Source: Gammaproteobacteria bacterium
Lineage (GTDB): Bacteria; Pseudomonadota; Gammaproteobacteria; S012-40
Direction: 5' to 3'
Length of the DNA stretch: 42,305 bases
Assembly: GCA_029864945.1 (NCBI GenBank)
Contig: JAOTSL010000001.1
Span: 1 to 42,305 of the forward strand
In this document: in pieces, positions 1 to 9,048 of the stretch
Numbering within the stretch: the stretch's first letter is position 1
Layout: each line of letters starts with the position of its first letter
The notes under the pieces: model-generated
Told to the model about the DNA's origin: nothing
The model's database searches: none
Seen by the model: the letters and a program-made list of their open reading frames with translations, nothing else
Made by a program: the position numbers and the translations under genes

Positions 1-1
1 T

Positions 2-622
2 CAATTCGAAAAAGGCGATACAAGTAGTCGTATAAATTTAGAATCTAACAATGAACTTGGCAGCCTGGCACAAGCTTTTAATTTACTGGCTGGGCGCTAC
101 GAACAAATCAAATGCGAACTTGATCATTTGTCTACACAGGACAGTTTAACCGGCCTTTATGACAGAACAAAATTGCACAAAGAAATACGGCTAGAGATAG
201 AACGGGCGAAACGTTATGACCGACCATTTTCCGTGCTAGTTATCGACATCAACAATTTCGCAGACGTTAATAGAACCTATGGTCGACTCGTTGGGGACTC
301 TGTGCTGTGCTCTGTTGCCAACAAGATACGTAATACCATTCGACCAACCGACATAGCCGCACGTTTTGGAGGCGACGAATTTGCCATAATATTGTCTGAA
401 ACCAATATACAAGGCTCTTACGAAACCACTCAACGTATATTTGAAGCAATTGAAAATGAACCTTTAAATATTGGTGATGGAAATACACTGGCGATATCAA
501 TAAGTATCGGCTACGCCACTTATCCAACAAATGCAGATTCAGATACTGCTCTATTCACATTGACAGAAAAAACGCTAACCCGTTCTAAATTTAATAAAGT
601 TATCAAGATGCAATTGTTGTAA
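2..622 (+). CDS. Diguanylate cyclase fragment (end of HAMP linker + GGDEF domain); 5' end outside window
   Basis: Frame is open from nt 2 (QFEKGDTSSRINLESNNELGSLAQAFNLLAGRYEQ, HAMP-like helix). It runs into DSLTGLYDR...RFGGDEFAIIL, the GGDEF signature. Track ORF 128..622 is only the part after an internal TTG. Confidence 0.9.
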   Translation, partial: QFEKGDTSSRINLESNNELGSLAQAFNLLAGRYEQIKCELDHLSTQDSLTGLYDRTKLHKEIRLEIERAKRYDRPFSVLVIDINNFADVNRTYGRLVGDSVLCSVANKIRNTIRPTDIAARFGGDEFAIILSETNIQGSYETTQRIFEAIENEPLNIGDGNTLAISISIGYATYPTNADSDTALFTLTEKTLTRSKFNKVIKMQLL

Positions 623-666
623 GAACAATTAACATTACAGCAGAAAAAATAATATTCCATAATTTA

Positions 667-1026
667 TTAAGCATGTCTTTCATGGTGACTATTTGACAAC
701 GTATGCTCATAATCATCTTCAGGTATGGGGTGTCGCCCCAAAAAAGCATCTACCTGAAAAGGAAAACTGCCACATCTGTTTCTGCTAGATAAATCACAAC
801 ATTTTACGCGAAATACTCGGTACAAAGGATCCGCACCAAGAATGCCACTAAGAAATGGATACACCGAGAAAATAATAAGTAAACTATGCCACCGCTCACT
901 CGTTACACCTGCTTGTGTTAACAAATAATAAGGGACTGCCAACATCACGCAGCCCAAAACCACCCTAAATACTCGATCCCACAGTCCTAGATTTTGTTCA
1001 ACAAAATTTCCTTTTGCAATAGTCAT
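667..1026 (-). CDS. DUF2892 (YgaP-like) small membrane protein with Cys-rich tail
   Basis: 119 aa. NLGLWDRVFRVVLGCVMLAV plus a second hydrophobic helix is typical of DUF2892. C-terminal VKCCDLSSRNRCGSF. Confidence 0.65.
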   Translation of the reverse strand: MTIAKGNFVEQNLGLWDRVFRVVLGCVMLAVPYYLLTQAGVTSERWHSLLIIFSVYPFLSGILGADPLYRVFRVKCCDLSSRNRCGSFPFQVDAFLGRHPIPEDDYEHTLSNSHHERHA

Positions 1027-1378
1027 GACAAACTCCTTTATTCGGTTACTCTAAAAAACATTCGAATCAAAATTCATTAGAGTTCGAGTTTATTTTCAAA
1101 TAATAAACATCTAAGAAACCAAAAGTAATAAAACAAACTAATATTAAGAGTTGAGAATTAAGAGCAATCTTAAAAATCGAATATTCTATTACCACCTTCC
1201 AACAACGGAATGACATTTTCTTACAAAACAAATAGTCAATCAGTGACAATGTCACTTTAAACTGAAGTTAAAGCCAAAGAAATTTAATAAATGTGAAATG
1301 TGCTAAAAAATATTAAGGGAGTATTTAAAATAGTAGATAGGGGCAGGACGCCCATAAGTAGAAAAACCAAAGGTACCC

Positions 1379-2047
1379 TTAATGTTGTGACAGTTTTTCC
1401 AGTGAACTAAAATCATGTATTACTATTTTCCCTCTGCGCAACGACACCCATCCTCGAGACTCAAATCGCTTCAACATACGGCTGACCACTTCACGCGCAG
1501 TACCGAGATCAGCTGCCAAATCGTGGTGTGTTATTAAAACAAAATGCTTATTATCACAATGCTTTAATAATGACCTGGCCAATCTTGAGTCAACAGACTC
1601 AAAAGCAATTTCACCCAACAATTCAAGCAAGCTATTCAAACCATTTTCCACATTAGAATATACATAATCCTGCAATATTTCTGACTCCTTCAGCGCCTCA
1701 AGAAAATATTGGCTTGGCACTACAATCGCCACCACTTCTGTTTCAGCGATTGCTTCCGCGTGATATAAGTCATGAGCAAGAAGACAACTTGTTGTTATCT
1801 CACACACTTCTCCCGAATGAATTCGGTATAATGTAATCTCACTTCCGGATATTGATAATTTTTGCACCCTTACAACACCACTCAATACAAATAAGTAATT
1901 ATTGCAAATATCGCCATTTCTAAAAATCATCTCCCCCGGATTCAACCTTATCCGTTTAACTTTGGCGAGTAGATTATTCCATGATTCAGTTTGAATTTTT
2001 GATAACTGCGGAAAACTCGCTAACCAGGTTTTATCTGAAGCCAGCAT
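1379..2047 (-). CDS. Crp/Fnr-family transcriptional regulator
   Basis: 222 aa. N-terminal cNMP-binding-like beta-roll (IFRNGDICNNYLFVLSGVVRV). C-terminal HTH (HHDLAADLGTAREVVSRMLKRFESRGWV). Confidence 0.85.
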   Translation of the reverse strand: MLASDKTWLASFPQLSKIQTESWNNLLAKVKRIRLNPGEMIFRNGDICNNYLFVLSGVVRVQKLSISGSEITLYRIHSGEVCEITTSCLLAHDLYHAEAIAETEVVAIVVPSQYFLEALKESEILQDYVYSNVENGLNSLLELLGEIAFESVDSRLARSLLKHCDNKHFVLITHHDLAADLGTAREVVSRMLKRFESRGWVSLRRGKIVIHDFSSLEKLSQH

Positions 2048-2604
2048 AACTATCTCCCTTTAAAACAAGTGATATAAGACATATTTCCTCACTCACAAGA
2101 CCGTAGAAGAGCCATATTAAGCACTTAAATCCTTACCAACATACTAAGTTAAGCATGAATTAAGTTTAAATCCAGAATTAATATCTTTCAAAAGTGAGAA
2201 CTATCTTGAAAAACACAGCTGCCTAAAAATGCGCATGAAAATGTTCCACCGGATACAGGCAACATTACAAAGAAGGATAAAACTGAGGCAATAAATAGAC
2301 AATCAAAGCAGCCATCATAGGGCTAATAGATCTGGACACTGAAATTTTTTAAGACCATGATTAATCTAAAAGATAAAGATCTAAATGCACTGGCCGTTGC
2401 TAAAGTATTATTTTCTAAAGGTGGCAATACGACCTAATATGAAGGTATTGGGAATATTTTCCATAAGAAAGTGCGAAATTACAAAAACACAATTCAGCTC
2501 AAATAATCAGCATACAGCGATAGCCCGCAAATCCATCGCTCGTTTAATGTACGCAATGATTTTGGTGATAGTCCGTTTCCGAAATATATTCCAGCTAAAA
2601 CCGG

Positions 2605-2934
2605 TTACTCATTTTTAACGGGCCGCGTTTTTCCGCATTTCCAGCATTCAGAAAACTGCGACTCTATAAGCTCATCACACTCAAGGCATTTCCACACGGT
2701 TAATTCTACCTGAGATGTTTTATCACGCCCTTTAAAGACTAAAACTAACTCTTTTGCCCTGTCATATTCATCATCATCCAACACCCAGACCGAGGGCGTT
2801 GTATCAGCGGGCAATTCGCCAATTGCTCCCAATAATAAGTCGCCTTTTATCAACACATCAATCTGATGATCCAGAATAAAATCCTTTAGCAACTGCGCTT
2901 CCAGCAAATCTCTGGCACTGTAAATTTGTTTCAC
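2605..2934 (-). CDS. DUF2007 (putative signal-transducing) protein with C-terminal zinc ribbon
   Basis: 109 aa. N-terminal DUF2007-like pattern (ARDLLEAQLLKDFILDHQIDV...VWVLDDDEYDRAKELV). CLECDELIESQFSECWKCG forms a CxxC...CxxC ribbon. Confidence 0.7.
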   Translation of the reverse strand: MKQIYSARDLLEAQLLKDFILDHQIDVLIKGDLLLGAIGELPADTTPSVWVLDDDEYDRAKELVLVFKGRDKTSQVELTVWKCLECDELIESQFSECWKCGKTRPVKNE

Positions 2935-3083
2935 ACGAATACCCCTGATTAATTCACTCTTCCAACAAAATTGAACAAAACATGTTTAGCCGTTAGTTAC
3001 ACCCACTGATTGCATTAACAAATCGCTTCATCTTAAGAAGGATACTCTGATAGTATGCGTTATTACCAACTTGATGACGACAC

Positions 3084-4325
3084 ATGCCTGAATTACAACA
3101 AAAAAACCATAACCCTGAAGCGGACACTAAAACTCAGTCCGAGCCAATCATAACTATTGAAATTGATGGTCGAAAAATAACCATACTTGGTACAGCGCAT
3201 GTTTCTCGCGCAAGTGCTGACAAAGTTCAGGAATTGATCGCAACTAACGAATACGATGCGGTGGCAGTGGAGTTATGCCCAAGCCGCCATAAGGCTATCG
3301 TCAATCCTGATTCTATGGCTAAAATGGATCTTTTCAAAGTTGTAAAAAGTGGTCAGGCAAGTATGGTTGCTGCCAGTCTCGCACTTAGCGCATACCAACA
3401 GCGCATGGCAGAGCAATTTGGCATTGAACCCGGCGCAGAGATGAAAGTTGCCATTACGGACGCCCAGGCTGCAAATTTACCCATCGCCTTAATAGACAGA
3501 GAAATAGGCACCACTCTCAAACGAGTTTACCGTAATATTCCTTGGTGGAAACGCTTCAGTCTGTTCTCCGGCTTATTTGCCAGCATCATCAGTAAAGAAA
3601 AAGTCTCAGAAGAAGAAATTGAACGCCTAAAAGAAGGCGACGTTCTGGAAAGTACGTTTTCTCAATTTGCTGAAAATGAAAAAGACCTGTTTAAACCACT
3701 TATCAACGAGCGTGACCAGTTCATGTCAGCCTGTTTATTAAATGAATTACGTGAAAATGACTACCAACATATTCTCGCAATTGTCGGCGCCGGTCACATG
3801 AACGGTATGGCAAAAATAATTAACGACAGAACCACTGAAAATCCCACACAAACGATTGCCGAATTAAATACCATTCCAGAAGGCGCAACATGGCTTTCAT
3901 ATTTGCCGTGGATCATCGTTGCATTAATATTAATTGGCTTTACTATCGGATTTAGCCGTAGCCCGGAACTGGGCCTTGCGCTTGTTATGGACTGGGTACT
4001 GATTAATGGCGGGTTAGCCGCTATTGGTGCTGCAATAGCCATGGCACACCCGCTAACAATACTAACGGCCTTCGTCGCTGCACCATTAACATCACTGAAT
4101 CCGATGATTGGTGCGGGCATGGTTACAGCTGCAGCAGAAATATATTTGCGCAAACCTCAGGTAGGTGATTTTAGCCGACTAAAATCGGATGCGACCAGCC
4201 TCAAGGGCTGGTGGAATAATCAAGTTACTCGCGTTTTGATGATTTTTATATTAAGTTCTTTTGGTTCTGCAGTTGGTACTTATGTCGCAGGGTTTCGAAT
4301 TTTCGGAAAACTGAGCGGCACATAA
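3084..4325 (+). CDS. TraB family protein (TraB/GumN superfamily) with C-terminal membrane domain
   Basis: 413 aa. ITILGTAHVSRASADKVQELI and IVGAGHMNGM motifs are typical of TraB. Four or five hydrophobic helices in the last ~150 aa. Confidence 0.8.
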   Translation: MPELQQKNHNPEADTKTQSEPIITIEIDGRKITILGTAHVSRASADKVQELIATNEYDAVAVELCPSRHKAIVNPDSMAKMDLFKVVKSGQASMVAASLALSAYQQRMAEQFGIEPGAEMKVAITDAQAANLPIALIDREIGTTLKRVYRNIPWWKRFSLFSGLFASIISKEKVSEEEIERLKEGDVLESTFSQFAENEKDLFKPLINERDQFMSACLLNELRENDYQHILAIVGAGHMNGMAKIINDRTTENPTQTIAELNTIPEGATWLSYLPWIIVALILIGFTIGFSRSPELGLALVMDWVLINGGLAAIGAAIAMAHPLTILTAFVAAPLTSLNPMIGAGMVTAAAEIYLRKPQVGDFSRLKSDATSLKGWWNNQVTRVLMIFILSSFGSAVGTYVAGFRIFGKLSGT

Positions 4326-4329
4326 ACAA

Positions 4330-4971
4330 TTAGTATTCAACCATAATTCCCGCACGATAGCTGGTGCCACCCAAATTTATCGCTGGTGTGCCGGCTTCTG
4401 CTTTTGTTATTTTACCTTCAAATATCAAATACGAATTTATAATACCGTAATTGGAAAATATGGTTTTCGCTGACGACTGGTCCAACGGGTCTAATAGAAT
4501 CTGCAAACCTGCCCGGGCATGTAGCCCATCAACAGAGCCGCGCGCATAACCTTCACCATCAATTGATTGACGATAGAAAAACCGGGTATAACCACCGCCA
4601 GCGTAAGGTACGACCCATTGCCTTTCTGTAAATCTAGCACGTAAGACCACATAAAAATCAACCGGTAAAATTTCGTAAGCCACCACACCAGCACTAAGCT
4701 GACTCAGAGGTAAAACGCCAGTACCTTTATCCTGGCCAAAACTAACACTACTACCAACATCAAAAACACTAAATATTCGATATGCAAAAGAAAAACTTCC
4801 CTCTAGCATATTCTTGCTACCGTAATACGATTCCCAGTCTTTATCCTCAGGCTCGTAAACACCGGCTTGTAATTCCATCGTATATTTTGGTGATTTATGA
4901 GTGGTTTGACCAGTATATGCGTGAGCCAGCGTACCGAACATTAGAAAAAATAAACCAGCAACTTTTAACAT
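4330..4971 (-). CDS. Small outer-membrane beta-barrel protein (family unknown)
   Basis: 213 aa. Signal peptide MLKVAGLFFLMFGTLAHA|Y. Alternating hydrophobic strands rich in G/Y/S. Terminal aromatic residue (...AGIMVEY). Its start overlaps the stop of the upstream gene by 7 nt. Confidence 0.6.
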   Translation of the reverse strand: MLKVAGLFFLMFGTLAHAYTGQTTHKSPKYTMELQAGVYEPEDKDWESYYGSKNMLEGSFSFAYRIFSVFDVGSSVSFGQDKGTGVLPLSQLSAGVVAYEILPVDFYVVLRARFTERQWVVPYAGGGYTRFFYRQSIDGEGYARGSVDGLHARAGLQILLDPLDQSSAKTIFSNYGIINSYLIFEGKITKAEAGTPAINLGGTSYRAGIMVEY

Positions 4972-6734
4972 AAATTTAACCTACCAAAATACCATCGTCG
5001 AACAATTTTTATAGTCACTATCAACACTAACAAATAACAACCTAACAAGACCCAAAATGCGGCTAAATGATAAGCAGATGCCTGAGCCAGTAAAATCAAA
5101 GGATAAAGACCAACACGAACAACTGGTTTCAATATGTCAAATTCATTAATAAAATTGGCAGCATACGGCCCGTAATGGTAGTACCAACTTACAAACCCCG
5201 TGCCGAAATCGTTCGTCAGTAAGTAATGATCTCTAAAATCGCGAAGTATTTGCACCTGACTGTGAGAATAAAAACCAAATGCGGCGGTTGCAATAAAACA
5301 ACCTTCACTCGGTAATGCAGGATAAGGCACAATGGCTTCAGGGATAGCAACTTGCGCAAGTGAGATGTCACTTTCTATATTTTTGTCTATTTCGGAATAC
5401 GGCTTATCAGCATTTACAAAGAGACCCTCGGTTGTTTGCCCACCACTTTCAATATAGGCGACAACCTGAAAATAATACTTATATTCATTTCTAGCGATTA
5501 ACCAAACGGTATAGCTCACACCATTCACTAGATTATCCAATGTATAAACATCTACGTCGCCAACGTCTATCGAATCAGGGCTAGCGCCATCTGCCTGATA
5601 ATAAATCGTATAATTAGTTGCATCACTGGCTTTTTGCCATTTAACAGATAACTTTCTGTCACTCACCGGCAGCACACTGATTAGAGTTGGTGTAGCAGGT
5701 TTTCCTACATCTGTTTCTAGGTCTACTATTGAAAGTGTTGTGTCATCAGAAGTAACCTGCTTTTGATTTAAGGCACCTCTGTCACTAACAGATTTGATTT
5801 GCTGCATTGTTTCACGACTATAGTAAACCTTGTAACCACTTATACGATAGTCCTCGTTCTTACTCCAGGAAATATCCACACTACCAGCAGTAACACCAGT
5901 TACCGTAATATCAGAAACTGGAAAAGCAGATTGATCAGCCTGTGCACCGCCATATGCACCGATATCAGTTTGCGATGCATCGATATCAAGAAAGCCATCA
6001 CCAGCATTCTTGCATATTGAGGTATCCAATAAATGAAAGTCATTATTGTCCACCTTTACCAGGCCCAGCGTTGTATCAAATATATTACCGCCTACCTCAT
6101 AATATGCAGGCACAACTTGATCGAAGCAGTTATAAGTAACACCACTATTAAATACACGTACAAATAAACCACTCTCATTAGATAAGTTATAAAAAATATT
6201 ATTTTTTATAACTAATGAAAGATCACTTTCCAGCACCTCAACGGCCGTATTAATTCCGTTAAACATATTATTTTGTACAGTGACATTAGAATTATTATCT
6301 AACTGTATTGCCGTACCAGCACTACCAACAGAAAAAATATTATTTTGAATTGTTGCCGTACTTGATGCCACAACAATAGCGACATTGGCATCAGTAAATG
6401 TAAAATTTTGTATGGTTACCGTGGCAGCTTCACTCACTTGAATGATGGGATTGACACCATCACTTTGCAATATAACATCAGCGGTAGAAACACCTTTTAA
6501 CGTTATCGACTCTTTAATTGCTAAATTTAAATTATATGTACCAACATCAAATACCAACGTATCAAGACTGTCATTCCCGACAACTTCATTTATTTTTGTT
6601 AGTACGTTATCACTTTCGGTTACCAATATTTCTCCCACCTCAAGATCATCTTGCACCAGTGAAAAGCCAGGCGAAGAATAAAAAAAGAAGAGCAGATATA
6701 TGAGAAAGAATGGATGTCTATCGGTTATTTTCAT
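4965..6734 (-). CDS. Secreted parallel beta-helix + 2x FN3 protein with CFI-type C-terminal anchor domain
   Basis: 589 aa. Hydrophobic N-terminus. Repeated IQNNIF/VQNNMF/IKNNIF PbH1-type turns ending in DIGAYGG. Two FN3-like modules (ISWSKNEDYRISGYKVYY; LSVKWQKASDATNYTIYY). C-terminal GCFIATAAFG...LRDFRDHYL...WYYHYGP plus TM tail. Confidence 0.75.
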   Translation of the reverse strand: MKITDRHPFFLIYLLFFFYSSPGFSLVQDDLEVGEILVTESDNVLTKINEVVGNDSLDTLVFDVGTYNLNLAIKESITLKGVSTADVILQSDGVNPIIQVSEAATVTIQNFTFTDANVAIVVASSTATIQNNIFSVGSAGTAIQLDNNSNVTVQNNMFNGINTAVEVLESDLSLVIKNNIFYNLSNESGLFVRVFNSGVTYNCFDQVVPAYYEVGGNIFDTTLGLVKVDNNDFHLLDTSICKNAGDGFLDIDASQTDIGAYGGAQADQSAFPVSDITVTGVTAGSVDISWSKNEDYRISGYKVYYSRETMQQIKSVSDRGALNQKQVTSDDTTLSIVDLETDVGKPATPTLISVLPVSDRKLSVKWQKASDATNYTIYYQADGASPDSIDVGDVDVYTLDNLVNGVSYTVWLIARNEYKYYFQVVAYIESGGQTTEGLFVNADKPYSEIDKNIESDISLAQVAIPEAIVPYPALPSEGCFIATAAFGFYSHSQVQILRDFRDHYLLTNDFGTGFVSWYYHYGPYAANFINEFDILKPVVRVGLYPLILLAQASAYHLAAFWVLLGCYLLVLIVTIKIVRRWYFGRLNLC

Positions 6735-7080
6735 TTGAATAGAATATCTTTAATTTTTTAATTTCAGAGGCATGCCATGTAACGGCATCGAACGTAGTTA
6801 TATTTGTATCAATAATATTAAGTGAGTTTAATTTTTCAAAAAAACCTGACCGTGGTAGTCGGGTGCTGCCTTTTTGAATCGCAAGTGCTGATAATATTGG
6901 CCGTTTTGCAGCCACGTCTTCATCTATAAGCAACTCTAACAACCCAGTAACTGTTGCAATGACTGGCGCTTGAATAACGCCCAGCTCACTGGCTAAGGCC
7001 TTGTAAGAAATACAGTCACCATTGACGGCTCTTTCTTCTAATACTTTTCTCAGCAATAATTTAAACGTCTGCATATTCAA
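6718..7080 (-). CDS. Hypothetical protein, possibly winged-helix/MGMT-DNA-binding-like
   Basis: 120 aa ORF whose stop overlaps the start of the beta-helix gene by 17 nt. ISYKALASELG...PILSALAIQKGSTRLPRSGFF loosely resembles ATL/MGMT-type C-terminal domains. This is a weak call. Confidence 0.4.
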   Translation of the reverse strand: MNMQTFKLLLRKVLEERAVNGDCISYKALASELGVIQAPVIATVTGLLELLIDEDVAAKRPILSALAIQKGSTRLPRSGFFEKLNSLNIIDTNITTFDAVTWHASEIKKLKIFYSNENNR

Positions 7081-7275
7081 TAACGCTACCGTAATTCAAT
7101 CTGTTGCTTGCAGCATTCACGTACTATATTCATAAATAACTAAGGGTGGTCAAGGTTAAAATTTGTCTGGTATAATTATGGCTATTTCTGAAGCACGTAT
7201 ATTCCCACTATATCTGCAATTGATTGTAAAAACATAAAGGCCAACCTAATCACTTGGTCACAATTGTACTACACT

Positions 7276-8757
7276 ATGCGCTACAAACGCCTCAAACAAA
7301 TTTTTCTAGTTCTCTGTGTCAGTTGTAACACGAGCTACACATATGCGGGTAATGAAGCGTTTGAGTCAATCAAGATCGTTGCTGAACAACTCAACTCCGC
7401 AAATGCACAATACTTACTTGCCAGAATGTACGAACTAGGCAAGGGCACACAAAAAAACACCCCGCAAGCACTAATATGGTACACCACTTCAGCCGAACAA
7501 GGTTATAGCAAAGCACAACAAAAACTCGGGACAATCGCTCTCGAAGGTTCATTAGGCCAGAAAAAAAATAAAAAACGCGCCATATTCTGGTTTAAAAAAG
7601 CCGCAAAACAAAATGATGCAGAATCCCAATATCGTTTGGGTATGCTCATGTATCAAAACAAACAATACAGTGCTAACAATTATAGAAAAGCGCTCGACTG
7701 GTGCGTAAAAGCGGTAGCGAGCAACCATATGGGTGCTCAGGCAATGCTGGGCGATATGTATCTGACCGGGCGTGGCATACAAGCCAGTACAGAAAATGCA
7801 GTTATATGGTATGAGCTGGCAGCCAATCAGGGGCATACATCTTCTGCATTTAATCTTGCTCGGTTATACGAGAGTGGACGCGGCACTAAAAAAAATATGG
7901 GCCGTGCCGTTCAGTGGTACAAACGGGCTGCAGATCTAAATCATACCAAAGCCCAACTAAAACTCGCAGAACTGTACCAAGCTGGGAAAGCCGTCCCACA
8001 AAATAATATGGAAGCGATAAAGTGGTTTAAAAAAGTCGCTAAAAAGAATAATGTTGGCGCACAATACCAACTGGCTATTTTGTTATTAAAACAAAATAAA
8101 TCGAAAACAACCACACAGGCAATCAGCTGGCTTAGGAAAGTAGCGAGTAATACTCGCACTAGAAAGTACTCAAAAAACCGAACTAAAGCACAACATGAGC
8201 TCGCCAGCCGTTATCAAAATGGTAATGGCCTCAAAAAAAGTATGACCGATGCTATTTACTGGCACGAGAAAGCAGCAAAAAAGAACAATATTGATTCTCA
8301 GTTTCAATTAAGTAAAATTTATTTAGGTCACAGCTTAGATGTTCGCAATGAAAAAAAAGGCATTCACTGGCTAAAGGAGTCAGCCAAAAATAATAACCCA
8401 TCCGCCCAATACGAACTAGGTATGCGATATTACAAAGGCAAAGAAATTACAAAGGATGCTAAACAAGCCTATTTTTGGTTACGAAAAGCCAGCGACGAAA
8501 AAAATGTCAAGGCCACTTATCAATTAGGATACATGCAAACTAAAGGTATCGGCTCGCCAAAAAATGTAGAAGAGGGATTACGCCTAATAAGTTATGCAGC
8601 GAACGAAAGTTTTGTAGATGCACAATTCAAACTCGCGCAAATTTACGAACAAGGTGTTATTGTTGAAACAGACCTCGAAAAAGCCAAAATCTGGTACACG
8701 GTAGCAGCGAAAAACGGCAATGTCTTCGCCCAGAAAAGACTAAATGTACAATTTTAA
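7276..8757 (+). CDS. Sel1-like repeat (SLR/TPR-like) protein, secreted
   Basis: About 12 repeats of the Sel1 pattern (AQYLLARMYELGKGTQKNTPQALIWYTTSAEQGYSKAQ etc.). Signal-peptide-like MRYKRLKQIFLVLCVSCNTSYTYA. Track start 7264 is TTG; the ATG at 7276 is preferred. Confidence 0.85.
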   Translation: MRYKRLKQIFLVLCVSCNTSYTYAGNEAFESIKIVAEQLNSANAQYLLARMYELGKGTQKNTPQALIWYTTSAEQGYSKAQQKLGTIALEGSLGQKKNKKRAIFWFKKAAKQNDAESQYRLGMLMYQNKQYSANNYRKALDWCVKAVASNHMGAQAMLGDMYLTGRGIQASTENAVIWYELAANQGHTSSAFNLARLYESGRGTKKNMGRAVQWYKRAADLNHTKAQLKLAELYQAGKAVPQNNMEAIKWFKKVAKKNNVGAQYQLAILLLKQNKSKTTTQAISWLRKVASNTRTRKYSKNRTKAQHELASRYQNGNGLKKSMTDAIYWHEKAAKKNNIDSQFQLSKIYLGHSLDVRNEKKGIHWLKESAKNNNPSAQYELGMRYYKGKEITKDAKQAYFWLRKASDEKNVKATYQLGYMQTKGIGSPKNVEEGLRLISYAANESFVDAQFKLAQIYEQGVIVETDLEKAKIWYTVAAKNGNVFAQKRLNVQF

Positions 8758-8785
8758 GCCAGTGAATTGGAGGTACATTAAAAAT

Positions 8786-8813
8786 GTAATCACGAATAAT
8801 TCTTCGTGATTAC
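8786..8813 (+). terminator. Perfect 11-bp-stem hairpin downstream of the Sel1 gene (possible terminator)
   Basis: gtaatcacgaa-taattc-ttcgtgattac. No clear T-run follows, so terminator function is uncertain. Confidence 0.4.
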
Positions 8814-8915
8814 TATCGTCTCAAATACTCGACTTAAACAGTAGTGATATATTTTCAGAAAAACCATTTACATTATATAAATGTGTAGAGGCGATATAAC
8901 CTATCAACTTCGATA
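8794..8915 (+). repeat. Copy A of a ~120-bp dispersed repeat (partner at 13099..13230)
   Basis: Shares ctcaaatRctYgacttaaacagtWgtRatatatttWcagaaa, gtagaggcgatat and cttcga blocks with copy B, in the same orientation. Confidence 0.75.
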
Positions 8916-9048
8916 AGTTTATTTTTGAACCCGCCATTACAATTCCATGTGATAATTTTCATAAACTCAATATACGCAAAGAAGGGGCAACTCTTGTATA
9001 GTCCACACGGAATAAAACTCCCCAAAAATATATTTCCCCGTCACCTCG

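Noticed and set aside
1210-1224. TGACATTTTCTTACA, resembling the window's Pho-box unit TGACAGTTTTATTACA
   Set aside because: It is one nucleotide shorter, so the 11-bp heptamer phasing is broken. It is a single unit only, and the neighbouring genes have no phosphate link.
1067-1255. 62-aa ORF (-) and other short ORFs in AT-rich spacers (2385..2618 +, 9902..10096 -)
   Set aside because: No RBS and no recognisable motifs. Their hydrophobic or odd composition is typical of random AT-rich ORFs. 2385..2618 also overlaps the DUF2007 gene antisense.
3794-4153. 119-aa antisense ORF inside the TraB gene, plus similar antisense ORFs in pstA/pstC/pstB/phoR/DUF349 (for example 25634..25930, 26332..26622, 23858..24112, 35789..36355)
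   Set aside because: Each lies fully inside a confidently identified gene on the opposite strand, and none has motifs of its own.
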